This document shows, piece after piece, positions 38,446 through 46,953 of a stretch of 54,651 nt of DNA (positions are counted from its first letter, which is position 1; each line of letters opens with the position of its first letter). A model generated the notes under the pieces. That model was not told where the DNA came from, ran no database searches, and was given only the letters and a program-made list of their open reading frames with translations. Both the position numbers and the translations under genes were made by a program. The stretch lies in IMG/VR virus record IMGVR_UViG_3300032240_000649, positions 1 through 54,651 of that record; one strand, given 5' to 3'. The DNA is from a virus. Lineage: Duplodnaviria > Caudoviricetes.

Positions 38446-38934
38446 CTACCTCACTGTGTAAATTTTGGCTCCTGCCATGTTGATGAATGCATTGGTCCGC
38501 AGCGCTCTCCCGCCGTTGATCGTTGCCTGTGTTGACGTGGTCGAAAGGCGCACTTCCGCTGCCAGACGGCCCTCGTTGTCGGACAGCCTTTGCGTCAGCA
38601 GCACCTTCGGTTTGACGAGGTACAAAAAGCCGACACACGGCACGCCCATTGATGTCGCGATGTTGATTGCGTTGCTCACTTTGGACCACGTCACCAGCCA
38701 CTCGTTTTTGTAGTTGGTCTGGAACTGCTCCAGTGAAGCTAGGTCGTACCGGCACTTGGTTTCGGCCACCCCCAAAAGCTCCGAAGAGTTCTTGTTGGTT
38801 AGGATGGCGTCGACCAAAGCCGGTGTTTCTTTGGGGGTCTGGATGTACTTCATCGCGAACGTCTTCTCCAGCCACTTCGCCAGAGCTTGCTCGTCGCTGA
38901 GGGACACCTGACCCTTTTCGGTCAGGATGTCCAC
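38446..38934 (-). CDS. Putative PD-(D/E)XK nuclease-fold protein
   Basis: E...VDAIL...VAETKCR pattern. Confidence 0.6.
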   Translation of the reverse strand: MDILTEKGQVSLSDEQALAKWLEKTFAMKYIQTPKETPALVDAILTNKNSSELLGVAETKCRYDLASLEQFQTNYKNEWLVTWSKVSNAINIATSMGVPCVGFLYLVKPKVLLTQRLSDNEGRLAAEVRLSTTSTQATINGGRALRTNAFINMAGAKIYTVR

Positions 38935-38936
38935 TA

Positions 38937-39611
38937 TCAGAAGGGAATGTCATCGTCCATGTCGTCAAAGCCTGAGCCTTGACGCGCTTGGCGATCTGCA
39001 CCGGACATGGACTCGTTGCGGCCGTAGTCGCCGCCCTCACGCGCTTGCCACTCTGGTGAGGCTTTGATCTTGTCCCGCAGGCCGTTGCTGAAGCTCTCGA
39101 ACAACTCCATGTCGGGGTTGCTGATTGCAAACATTGCCGTGTTGTTGACGCCTGACGGCAGGCCAGCCTTTTTGATGGCAGCAGGCACTGGGTTCACCGA
39201 CATGATGTTGGTGTATTCCTTGCCGTTGTTGCCAACTGACTTGGCCACGCTGATCATGGCCCATACGCCGAGCACGTTTTTCAGCTCAAAGCCGCGCAGC
39301 TCTTCGGCCGTGAAGTCACGACCGCGCCATGCCTGCAAGTCTTTGCGAAGCGTGGCCTTCTCTGCAAGGCTCAGGGTGTAGTTCTTTGAGATGCTCATGG
39401 GTTCACCCTTGTTGGTGACCAACGAACGTCCCGCGTCGTCTTCGCCGTGAACCTCAAACTGGACCATGACCTTCTGAAGGTACTTGATCTGCCCTTGGTA
39501 TTCGGACTTCTGGGTTCCCAAGTCAACGATGCGGTAGCACCGTGCAAGGTGCATGCCCGGGGGTACGGGGGTAAAGCTGCTCTCGCCGCTGTCTTTCGCT
39601 ATTAAACTCAT
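38937..39611 (-). CDS. ssb: Phage ssDNA-binding protein
   Basis: FTPVPPGMHLARC OB-fold-like start; acidic SSB-type tail DDMDDDIPF. Confidence 0.75.
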   Translation of the reverse strand: MSLIAKDSGESSFTPVPPGMHLARCYRIVDLGTQKSEYQGQIKYLQKVMVQFEVHGEDDAGRSLVTNKGEPMSISKNYTLSLAEKATLRKDLQAWRGRDFTAEELRGFELKNVLGVWAMISVAKSVGNNGKEYTNIMSVNPVPAAIKKAGLPSGVNNTAMFAISNPDMELFESFSNGLRDKIKASPEWQAREGGDYGRNESMSGADRQARQGSGFDDMDDDIPF

Positions 39612-39799
39612 TCTTCGCTCCTAGTGATTGAAACACTCTCCATGGTTACAAATGGCCTTCTGGGCAGCCCGCACTCGCTGCGGATGATGTCCCAGTCGTC
39701 CTCGGTAGCAACGCCTGCCTTGGCCCGTTCATAGGCCTCCTCAAGCATTTGCATTCTTTCCAGCATCATTTGATGCATCTCGGCTTCGTAGTTCCTCAC
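39608..39799 (-). CDS. Hypothetical protein
   Basis: Coupled overlaps on both sides. Confidence 0.7.
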   Translation of the reverse strand: MRNYEAEMHQMMLERMQMLEEAYERAKAGVATEDDWDIIRSECGLPRRPFVTMESVSITRSEE

Positions 39800-39993
39800 A
39801 GCGTGCGCTCCATGCGGTTGCGCAAAAGGTTGGCCAAGCGAACAAAAAAGTTGGGCCTGATAACGCGTGGCGTTAGCAGTGCTGTTTGCAGCAGCTCCAT
39901 GTCGTAGTCCAAAGGCGTGATTTGGCCTCTCTCAAACCTGCTACCAATTTTGATGCCCGTGCTGGTGGTGTAGGGCGGTTGTTTTTCGTTCAC
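39796..39993 (-). CDS. Hypothetical protein, first gene of the leftward operon
   Basis: AAGGAGAG RBS before GTG. Confidence 0.7.
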   Translation of the reverse strand: MNEKQPPYTTSTGIKIGSRFERGQITPLDYDMELLQTALLTPRVIRPNFFVRLANLLRNRMERTL

Positions 39994-40113
39994 TTCGCTC
40001 TCCTTCGCTGTTGATGTGTGGCGAGTGTAACAAGTTTAAGTTGAACATACAACCCCCTTGCGCATAATTTTTTTTCGTGTATGATGGGCTTAAACCAACC
40101 ACAAGGAGATTGC
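39994..40113. promoter_or_regulatory. Divergent sigma70-type promoters
   Basis: Minus strand: TTGTAT-17-TACACT. Plus strand: TTGCGC(40058)-16-TATGAT(40080). AT-rich. Confidence 0.7.
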
Positions 40114-40323
40114 ATGACACTGGAAGAGTTTTTTAACACCAAACCGCGAGGCGCGAAGATCGAAATGGCCCGGGCTTTAGGCGTGAGCAAGACGTGGATG
40201 AGTCTCATCATCAGCGGCAGATCGCTTGCCAGCCCTGAACTGAGTTTGGCCATCGAGCGGTACACCAAAGGCCAAGTGAAGCGCAAGATTTTGCGGCCTG
40301 ACATCTTTGGAGACATACGGTGA
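40114..40323 (+). CDS. Cro/YdaS-like HTH regulator
   Basis: EMARALGVSKTWMS HTH; AIERYTKGQVKRKILRPDIF; AAGGAG RBS. Confidence 0.82.
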   Translation: MTLEEFFNTKPRGAKIEMARALGVSKTWMSLIISGRSLASPELSLAIERYTKGQVKRKILRPDIFGDIR

Positions 40324-40970
40324 TTTGGTACAAATTCCACCTTGGTGACTACATCACCCACACCACGCATCTTAGCGATGCAGAGGACTTGGCTTACCGC
40401 CGCCTGCTGGATTTGTACTACATGAGCGAGAAGCCAATCCCACTCGATACCCAATCGGTATCACGAAAAATTCGCCTTGATTTGGACATAACCGAATCGG
40501 TTTTGGGGGAGTTTTTTGAACATACCGAAAATGGGTACATCAACAATCGTTGTGATGCCGAAATCGCGAAATATCAAGCACAAGTCGAGAACAACCGACA
40601 GCTCGGAAAGCGAGGCGGCAGGCCGAAGAAAACCGAATCGATAACCGAATCGAAACCGAACACGAACCCTAAGAAGATACAGAATAAGAATATATCTATA
40701 TCGTCGGTTTCACCGACAACATCGCGATTCGGTGAGTTTTGGGCAGCATGGCCAACGTCAAAACGAAAGGTGGCCAAGTCATCTTGCGAAACCAAGTGGC
40801 TCAAGCTGAAGCTCGACAAGGTGGCCGACCAGATCATTGCCAACGTCAATTCTTTGAAGACGACCGAGCAGTGGACAACGGGTTACGAACCCGCGCCCCT
40901 AACGTACATCAACCAGCGTCGCTGGGAAGATGGTGATGCGCAGCCGGTCCAATCGCGGAGGGTGATATGA
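40320..40970 (+). CDS. Replication initiator, DUF1376/YdaU family
   Basis: WYKFHLGDY...HLSDAEDLAYRRLLDLYY; GKRGGRP; internal iterons; FGEFWAAWP...TYINQRRWED C-terminal domain. Confidence 0.85.
   Translation: MIWYKFHLGDYITHTTHLSDAEDLAYRRLLDLYYMSEKPIPLDTQSVSRKIRLDLDITESVLGEFFEHTENGYINNRCDAEIAKYQAQVENNRQLGKRGGRPKKTESITESKPNTNPKKIQNKNISISSVSPTTSRFGEFWAAWPTSKRKVAKSSCETKWLKLKLDKVADQIIANVNSLKTTEQWTTGYEPAPLTYINQRRWEDGDAQPVQSRRVI
40446..40690. repeat. Iterons/probable replication origin within the initiator gene
   Basis: AACCGAATCGGTT at 40490-40502; tandem AACCGAATCGA x2 plus AACCGAAC at 40631-40661; an AT-rich tract follows. Confidence 0.7.
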
Positions 40971-41401
40971 CCCCTGTCGAGAACTTGATCCAAAGGCTTG
41001 AGAAGGTCAAAGGCCGTAACGGCTCATGGACCGCTTGCTGCCCGGCGCATAACGACAAAGGTCCTTCACTGGCGGTGAGAGAGCTTGACGATGGCAGGAT
41101 CTTGGTTCACTGCTTTGCCGGTTGCGAGACCGCCAGCGTGTTGGGTTCGGTTGGTTTGGATATGACCGATTTGTTCCCACCTGACGACAAGCGCAAGGAC
41201 TATCCTGTGGGCGGCAAGCCTTCATTGAAGCCTGCGTTTTATGCCAGCGATTTGATGCGCATCATTGCCTTTGAGGCGTTGGTCGTTCAGATCGTCGCCT
41301 TTGACATGGCCAAGGGCAAAACTATAACCAGCGAAACACGCGAGCGCATGCAGCTTGCGCACGAGCGAATTGAAGAAGCGATGAGGTATGCAAATGTCTA
41401 A
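40967..41401 (+). CDS. Primase-type CHC2 Zn-finger protein (no TOPRIM domain seen)
   Basis: CCPAHNDKGPSL...LVHCFAGC; only 144 aa. Confidence 0.78.
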   Translation: MTPVENLIQRLEKVKGRNGSWTACCPAHNDKGPSLAVRELDDGRILVHCFAGCETASVLGSVGLDMTDLFPPDDKRKDYPVGGKPSLKPAFYASDLMRIIAFEALVVQIVAFDMAKGKTITSETRERMQLAHERIEEAMRYANV

Positions 41402-42404
41402 AGTCAGCATGATTGAGCAGCGGGCGCGGCAGCTTGATGAAGAGCGCAAACTGCGCCTGCTCAAGTCCGAAGAGATTGACACCGAAAAATATTTGAAGGC
41501 TCATGACGTGAGCCACAAGGTCCACGAGGCAGAGCTGTGGTTGTACGAGCTGCACGAAGAGTTGATGCGGCCACCAGAGGCCGTGCCTGTCGTCACGTTG
41601 CCATGGCCAAAAACACATGCCGGGTTTCAGTTTCGCCCCGGCGAGGTGACCCTTTACGCTGGGTCAAATGGTGGCGGTAAGTCATTGATTACTGGTCAAG
41701 TGGCGCTGGGTTTAATCAAGCAAAAGCAGCGCGTGTGTATTGCAAGCTTTGAGATGAAGCCCAAGCGCACGTTGTACCGCATGTTGCGTCAGTTCTCCGG
41801 AGAGAACATCGAGTTCCCGCGCTACACCGACAAGAAGACTTTCATGACTCGGCTGCTTGATCGGTTCATCTCGTATTCGCACAACTACATGTGGCTGTAT
41901 GACCAGCAAGGCACGACATCATCGCAGCAGGTGATTGCCATGGCCCGTTACTGTGCGATAGAGCTGGGCGTGCAGCATGTGTTCATTGACTCGCTGATGA
42001 AGTGCGTGGCCGGTGAAGACGATTACAACGCGCAAAAGTATTTTGTCGATGAGTTGACCGCAGTTGCCCGCGACCACAACATTCACGTTCACTTGATCCA
42101 TCACATTCGCAAGCTGCAAAACGAAGAGATGCAGCCAAACAAAAACGACATCAAAGGCACTGGTGCAATTGCCGACCAAGTCGACAACGTGCTGCTGATG
42201 TGGCGCAACAAAAAGAAGGAGCACGAAATTCAAAACGGCGGCATACCAGACGTGAACAAGCCTGACGCCATGCTGATGTGCGAGAAGCAGCGCAATGGTG
42301 AAGCTGAGGACTGGTTCAGCCTTTGGTATCACAAGGACAGTCAGCAGTTTGTTGAGGCCAGCGGTGGCGTGCCAATGTCATTTGATGACAGGGGAGCATT
42401 TTGA
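41388..42404 (+). CDS. DnaB-like (SF4) helicase, ATPase domain
   Basis: Walker A GSNGGGKS, SFEM, VFIDSL, HHIRK, DIKGTGAIADQVDNV, KQRNG. Confidence 0.88.
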   Translation: MQMSKVSMIEQRARQLDEERKLRLLKSEEIDTEKYLKAHDVSHKVHEAELWLYELHEELMRPPEAVPVVTLPWPKTHAGFQFRPGEVTLYAGSNGGGKSLITGQVALGLIKQKQRVCIASFEMKPKRTLYRMLRQFSGENIEFPRYTDKKTFMTRLLDRFISYSHNYMWLYDQQGTTSSQQVIAMARYCAIELGVQHVFIDSLMKCVAGEDDYNAQKYFVDELTAVARDHNIHVHLIHHIRKLQNEEMQPNKNDIKGTGAIADQVDNVLLMWRNKKKEHEIQNGGIPDVNKPDAMLMCEKQRNGEAEDWFSLWYHKDSQQFVEASGGVPMSFDDRGAF

Positions 42405-42640
42405 TTGAAGGCCAAGGAGAAGACGAGCATCGGTATCGCTGTCTCGTTCGAGACGTCATCAAACGTCGGGTACAAGATCGTGATGCTGCGCACCGATTCC
42501 TTTACGGCTATCGTGACCACCTTGGCCGTTATCACAAGGGTTGGAATGAATTACATCCCGGCTCAGGACTTGAAAAAGATGTGCGAGAGCAATGGGCCTT
42601 GGGCAACCGGGGCGATTACAACGACTGGAGAGAACGATGA
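42401..42640 (+). CDS. Hypothetical protein
   Basis: GGGGAG RBS; TTG start coupled to the helicase stop. Confidence 0.65.
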   Translation: MIEGQGEDEHRYRCLVRDVIKRRVQDRDAAHRFLYGYRDHLGRYHKGWNELHPGSGLEKDVREQWALGNRGDYNDWRER

Positions 42641-42924
42641 AAAAAGTGGAACTGAGTGATTTTCAAAAACGATTCCTGCTTGGGCAAGGCGCTGGCCAAA
42701 CGCTGTACACCGACAAGGAGTTTGCTGAGGCGCTGGCGCAGGCCAAGGCTGAGATCATGGCCGTGGCAATTCAAACGAGCAGGCAGGCCGTGTTCATTGA
42801 GCGTCAGGCGTGCTCAGAGCTGGTGCTGGACCTCGCCAATGATGAGGACGAGGGTGAGGTGGCCACGGCGCTGCGCAACGCGTCTGAGGCGATCCTGAAC
42901 CGCATACCGAGCCAGCGCCAATGA
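42637..42924 (+). CDS. Hypothetical protein (MKKVELSDFQ...)
   Basis: GGAGAG RBS; ATGA coupling. Confidence 0.7.
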   Translation: MKKVELSDFQKRFLLGQGAGQTLYTDKEFAEALAQAKAEIMAVAIQTSRQAVFIERQACSELVLDLANDEDEGEVATALRNASEAILNRIPSQRQ

Positions 42925-43322
42925 CAGTTGATGAATTGCAGCAGCACATTGCCGATCTAATTCGTAAAAACGAAAACACGATTACTTTGACGCTGCCATG
43001 GCCGCCAAGCGTGAACAAATATTGGCGCACGTTTCAAGGCCGCATGATCATCAGCGCAGAGGGGAGGTCTTACCGCAAGGCCGTGGCCGACCAAGTGCTG
43101 ATTCAACGCGGAGCAAAACACTTTGCGTGCAAGTTGCGCGTGAACATTGAGGCATACCGGCCAGACAACAGGCGGCGCGACCTCGACAACTTGCTGAAGG
43201 CAGTGCTCGATGGCTGCACTCACGCAGGTGTTTGGGAAGACGACAGCAACATCGTCGACCTGCGAATTTATTGGGCCGAATCAATCGGCGGAATGTTAAA
43301 AGTGAAAGTGAGCGAAGTATGA
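42921..43322 (+). CDS. rusA: RusA-family Holliday junction resolvase
   Basis: LPWPPSVNKYWR; RRRDLDNLLKAVLD; WEDDSNI. Confidence 0.92.
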   Translation: MTVDELQQHIADLIRKNENTITLTLPWPPSVNKYWRTFQGRMIISAEGRSYRKAVADQVLIQRGAKHFACKLRVNIEAYRPDNRRRDLDNLLKAVLDGCTHAGVWEDDSNIVDLRIYWAESIGGMLKVKVSEV

Positions 43323-43525
43323 GCACACCGTTAAAAGTGAAATGGTTTGAAGGACCCAAAGGCAAGATTGGTATTGCAAAAGTGAGAACCGACGATGGCA
43401 ATATCGAGTTCCGAATAAGCGCCGTCGATGGATTCCTTGAGCACATGGACGTGCAGCAGGTCGTGGCGTGGGGCGCACCGTTTCCCGACGCCGCCGGTTT
43501 TCCGTTGTTTGTGGAGGCAGCATGA
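43319..43525 (+). CDS. Hypothetical protein (MSTPLKVKWF...)
   Basis: ATGA coupling. Confidence 0.65.
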   Translation: MSTPLKVKWFEGPKGKIGIAKVRTDDGNIEFRISAVDGFLEHMDVQQVVAWGAPFPDAAGFPLFVEAA

Positions 43526-43686
43526 AGCACGAACCAGAATTGATTGACATTTTTGCAATGTTTGTGGCAGCAGGCCTTGCTCCCGAAGGAATAGACAGAC
43601 CAAAAGATTTTGCCGAATACGTCTATGTGCTTGCAAATGAAATGATGGAAGAGCGTAAACATTGGATAGGAGAGAACAATGAGTGA
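43522..43686 (+). CDS. Hypothetical protein (MKHEPELIDIF...)
   Basis: GGAGG RBS; ATGA coupling. Confidence 0.65.
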   Translation: MKHEPELIDIFAMFVAAGLAPEGIDRPKDFAEYVYVLANEMMEERKHWIGENNE

Positions 43687-44017
43687 CAGCGACGTAAAGA
43701 ACCCAGAGCTTGCGATTGAGTACATCTTCAAGAACGGCAAGCGCTATGCAAAGGCTAAGGCCGACCGGATCTATTGCGAGGAGTACCGCAAGAGCTTGAA
43801 GGCCATAATCATGAAGCGCAGCATTGAGACCGCAGTCAATGCACAAGAGCGCGAAGCGTACAGCGACCCTGAATACGTTCAGCTCTTGCAGGGCTTGCGT
43901 GAGGCCGTCGAAATTGAGGAGGAAATTCGTTGGGGACTGGTGGCTGCACAGGCTCGCATCGAGGTGTGGCGATCATTGGAGGCGACCAACAGAGCAGAAG
44001 GGAAGGCCACGTTATGA
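43679..44017 (+). CDS. Coiled-coil hypothetical protein
   Basis: 112 aa, helical; AGGAG RBS. Confidence 0.75.
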   Translation: MSDSDVKNPELAIEYIFKNGKRYAKAKADRIYCEEYRKSLKAIIMKRSIETAVNAQEREAYSDPEYVQLLQGLREAVEIEEEIRWGLVAAQARIEVWRSLEATNRAEGKATL

Positions 44018-44184
44018 AGACCGAAGAGGATGAAGAGTTCGAGCGTATTGAGCGCGAGCAAACAGAACGTCAGAAGGCTATGGGCTGGCGCAAGCGACAG
44101 ATCGAGGACGAGCGCGTGCGCAAGACTGAGCCGTATTGCCCCCACTGTGGTTACGAACTCAAAGGGATTGAAGTCAATGATTGA
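44014..44184 (+). CDS. Small hypothetical protein (CPHCG)
   Basis: ATGA coupling. Confidence 0.6.
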   Translation: MKTEEDEEFERIEREQTERQKAMGWRKRQIEDERVRKTEPYCPHCGYELKGIEVND

Positions 44185-44326
44185 TGAAGCGAAAAAAAAG
44201 ACGTGCTCGGTGTGCCGCCTGCGACCGGCCGAGAAGCAAGTGCCCATCAGCAACGGCCTCAAGCAATGGCGCTGCCAAGTGTGCATTGACCAGCGCAACC
44301 CGTCCGGGTTCAAGCTGCGCAAATGA
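44177..44326 (+). CDS. Small Zn-finger protein
   Basis: CSVC...CQVC. Confidence 0.6.
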   Translation: MIDEAKKKTCSVCRLRPAEKQVPISNGLKQWRCQVCIDQRNPSGFKLRK

Positions 44327-44613
44327 CCACCATTGCAGAGCGCAAGCACATGAGCGCGGTGGCCGAGCTGGGCTGCGCCGTGTGCCGCCGTATGGGCTAC
44401 CCGGGAACACCGGCCGAGATCCATCACAAAAGGGCCGGAATAGGCCTTGGAAGACGCGCAAGCCACTTCGAGGTCATACCGCTATGCCCAGAGCACCATC
44501 GCGGCTCTACGGGCCTGCACGGCCTTGGGACCAAGGGATTCCCAAAGCACTGGGGTTTCACTGAGGACGACCTGCTGGAAGACGTGCGGGTGTTGCTTAG
44601 GGAAAACACCTAG
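44323..44613 (+). CDS. Ref/DUF968-like HNH-type nuclease
   Basis: LGCAVC...AEIHH...VIPLCPEHHRG..GLH. Confidence 0.8.
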   Translation: MTTIAERKHMSAVAELGCAVCRRMGYPGTPAEIHHKRAGIGLGRRASHFEVIPLCPEHHRGSTGLHGLGTKGFPKHWGFTEDDLLEDVRVLLRENT

Positions 44614-44718
44614 AAAATATTTTTGCAAAAGGTGTTGACAAGGTTTAAGTTGGTGTTAAACTTCATACATCGACACAGCAATACCGCACAGTCGATTACA
44701 GCGAAGGACAGTGAAATG
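44598..44718 (+). promoter_or_regulatory. Cassette head 1: boundary motif, promoter and leader
   Basis: TAGGGAAAACACCTAG, AAAATATTTT, TTGACA(44635)-16-TAAACT(44657), CAGCGAAGGACAGTGAAATG. Confidence 0.85.
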
Positions 44719-45000
44719 AACAACGACATCAACTTCAACAGCGTCGACAACCTCGGCTCCCTCTTGGCACAGATCGCCGATCTGCAAAAGCAGGCCGACG
44801 CCATCAAGGACAGCATCAAAGAGTCCGCCAGCGCAGGCGGTGCCAAGGTCGTCGAAGGTGCGCTCTTCAAGGCCACCTACATCGAGAGCAACCGCTCGGT
44901 GTTCGACAAGGACGCCTTCATCAAAGAGCACGGCGCTGAGGCATACGCCAAGTTCACCAAGGTGAGCGCAGTGTTCTCGGTCAAGGTCACCAGCAAGTAA
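44716..45000 (+). CDS. Hypothetical early protein
   Basis: ATG follows the leader; helical N-terminus. Confidence 0.75.
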   Translation: MNNDINFNSVDNLGSLLAQIADLQKQADAIKDSIKESASAGGAKVVEGALFKATYIESNRSVFDKDAFIKEHGAEAYAKFTKVSAVFSVKVTSK

Positions 45001-45012
45001 TCGGAGGCCGCC

Positions 45013-45405
45013 ATGAAATACCAATTCAATGACGGCGGCCGCAAGGCCGCAGGCTTCAGGGGTACGGCAGGCGACTGTGGTGCTCGCGCCATGGCAATCG
45101 CCTTGGGCCTTGACTACAAGGCGGTTTATAAGGAGCTGGCTCAGGCCAATGCCGACAACGGCCGCGCAAAGTCAGCACGCAACGGCATCAACAAGGACAT
45201 CTACGCCGAGGTGCTCAAGCGATATGGCTGGGTGTGGTTCAAAGCCCCACAGTTTGCGGGCCGCAAAGCTCGATGCAGCGACATGCCAGCGGGCGTGGTC
45301 ATTGCCAAACAAGCTCATCACTTTGTGGCCGTGGTCGACGGCGTGGCCAACGACATTTGGGACTGCACCGGGCGCATGGTGTACGGGTACTGGGCAAAGC
45401 AATAA
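45013..45405 (+). CDS. Hypothetical protein with a papain/C39-like Cys-His pattern
   Basis: AGDCGARAMAIALG...HHFVAVVDG...D; GGAGG RBS. Confidence 0.6.
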   Translation: MKYQFNDGGRKAAGFRGTAGDCGARAMAIALGLDYKAVYKELAQANADNGRAKSARNGINKDIYAEVLKRYGWVWFKAPQFAGRKARCSDMPAGVVIAKQAHHFVAVVDGVANDIWDCTGRMVYGYWAKQ

Positions 45406-45451
45406 ACCAACCGGGGGCCTCGGCCCCCATCTAAAGCGAAAGGAAAGCGAA

Positions 45452-45631
45452 ATGGATAACTTCACAGCAGTGGGCCTTGCAGAGGGCTTCATCGAGGCAG
45501 AGAGCGAAGAGCAGGTGTTGACCGCGTGGCAGCACCTTGTCGACACAGGCATGGCGTGGCGGCTGCAAGGCTGGTTCGGCCGCACGGCTCGCGACTTGAT
45601 CGACCAAGGCCTGATCGAGGTGGCAGCATGA
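45452..45631 (+). CDS. Small hypothetical protein (AWQHLVDTGMAWRLQGWFGRTA)
   Basis: AGGA RBS; preceded by the hairpin GGGGGC-CTCG-GCCCCC. Confidence 0.75.
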   Translation: MDNFTAVGLAEGFIEAESEEQVLTAWQHLVDTGMAWRLQGWFGRTARDLIDQGLIEVAA

Positions 45632-45813
45632 AGCACGCAGCCGTCCAATACATCAGCCTCGGCTACAAGTACGAGAAGGCCAAGTCAGCAGAGGCTGGCC
45701 AAGCCGCCGCGCAGGCCATCAGAAGCCTGCTAGAGGCCGAAACAATCGAAGACAGGACCGAGGCCCGCTATCTTGTCGAGCGCGGCCGTAAAGAGGCGCG
45801 GGAGGGCGTATGA
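45628..45813 (+). CDS. Small hypothetical protein
   Basis: GAGG RBS; ATGA coupling. Confidence 0.7.
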   Translation: MKHAAVQYISLGYKYEKAKSAEAGQAAAQAIRSLLEAETIEDRTEARYLVERGRKEAREGV

Positions 45814-45980
45814 GCGAGACCACCATGTCCGAGTACATCAAAGGGTTCGACGCCGGTTACGGCTATGTGCTGGTCGAGATCGAGCGCTGGATCAAGCAGC
45901 ACGAGCACGAGCCGCGAGTCACCCAACCCATCGAGACCCTGCTGGCACACCTGAAAATGGAAGGTAGGGAAAGTACCTAG
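45810..45980 (+). CDS. 56-aa hypothetical protein (MSETTMSEYIKGFDAG...GREST), not in the ORF track
   Basis: Translated by hand; GGAGG RBS; stop lies inside the next boundary motif. Confidence 0.7.
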   Translation: MSETTMSEYIKGFDAGYGYVLVEIERWIKQHEHEPRVTQPIETLLAHLKMEGREST

Positions 45981-46081
45981 AAAATATTTTGGTTGGAAGT
46001 GTTGACACCGTTTAAGTTGGTGTTAAACTTCCAATCACTGCAATAAGCAGGTAACAGCGAAACGAAAGCGAGATCATTATG
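45965..46081 (+). promoter_or_regulatory. Cassette head 2
   Basis: TAGGGAAAGTACCTAG, AAAATATTTT, TTGACA(46002)-16-TAAACT(46024); spacer nearly identical to head 1. Confidence 0.85.
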
Positions 46082-46843
46082 GAAAAAGCAAACTTCAGCC
46101 AGCTCCTCAAAGACGCCGTCAACCAACCCGGCATCATCAGCAAGTGCTACAGCACGTTCCACGGCTACAGCATCGGCAACCAACTGCTGGCATGGGTGCA
46201 GTGCGTCGAGCGCAACATTCCCCTTGGCCCCATCGCCACCTACAAAAAGTGGTCCGAGCTGGGCCGTCAAGTCACCAAGGGCCAGAAGGCCATCGCGTTG
46301 GTGATGCCCGTTACCATCAACAAAAAAGACGCCGCAGGCGAGAAGACCGGCGACGTGTTCAGCATGTTCGTGCTGCGCAATAACTGGTTTGTGTTGAGCC
46401 AGACCGAAGGCGAGGACTACGTCAACGAGGTGGTCATCCCCGCATGGGACAAGGCCAAGGCGCTGGCCAAGCTGGACATCAGCGAAGTGCGCTTTGACCA
46501 CGCCGACGGCAACTGCCAAGGCTACGCCAGCGGCCGCACCATCGCGGTCAACCCTGTGGCCGTGCTGCCCCACAAAACCCGCTTCCACGAGTTGGCCCAC
46601 GTTGTGCTCGGTCATACCACCGACGAGGTGATGGCCGACAGCGAAGTGACACCCCGCGACATTCGCGAAGTCGAGGCCGAGAGCGTGGCCTACATTCTGT
46701 GCAGCCTGCTGGATCTGCCCGGCCTGCACGAGTCACGCGGCTACATTCAGAACTGGCTGCAAGGCGCAGAGGTCAGCGACAAGTCGGCCCAGCGCATCTT
46801 CAGCGCGGCCAACAAGATCCTCGAAGCTGGCCAAGACGAGTAA
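46079..46843 (+). CDS. ardC: ArdC-like antirestriction protein (ssDNA-binding N-terminal domain plus zincin-like HExxH domain)
   Basis: YSIGNQLL, ATYKKWSELGRQVTKGQKA, FVLSQTEG, FHELAH, REVEAESVAY, SRGYIQNW. Confidence 0.8.
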   Translation: MEKANFSQLLKDAVNQPGIISKCYSTFHGYSIGNQLLAWVQCVERNIPLGPIATYKKWSELGRQVTKGQKAIALVMPVTINKKDAAGEKTGDVFSMFVLRNNWFVLSQTEGEDYVNEVVIPAWDKAKALAKLDISEVRFDHADGNCQGYASGRTIAVNPVAVLPHKTRFHELAHVVLGHTTDEVMADSEVTPRDIREVEAESVAYILCSLLDLPGLHESRGYIQNWLQGAEVSDKSAQRIFSAANKILEAGQDE

Positions 46844-46953
46844 GGGTAAGTCCCTAGAAAATAATTTATCGAGGGGGTTGCTGACACCCCCTTGATTTAA
46901 GTTATAATTAAACCACTGCGATGTGCAGGACAGCGAATCAGGAGCGAATCATG
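46842..46953 (+). promoter_or_regulatory. Cassette head 3
   Basis: AAGGGTAAGTCCCTAG, AT tract, CTGACA(46881)-16-TATAAT(46903), CAGCGAATCAGGAGCGAATCATG. Confidence 0.8.

Noticed and set aside
38063-39130. 355-aa ORF
   Set aside because: The upstream part overlaps ssb and 38446..38934 out of frame; only 38063..38443 is credible.
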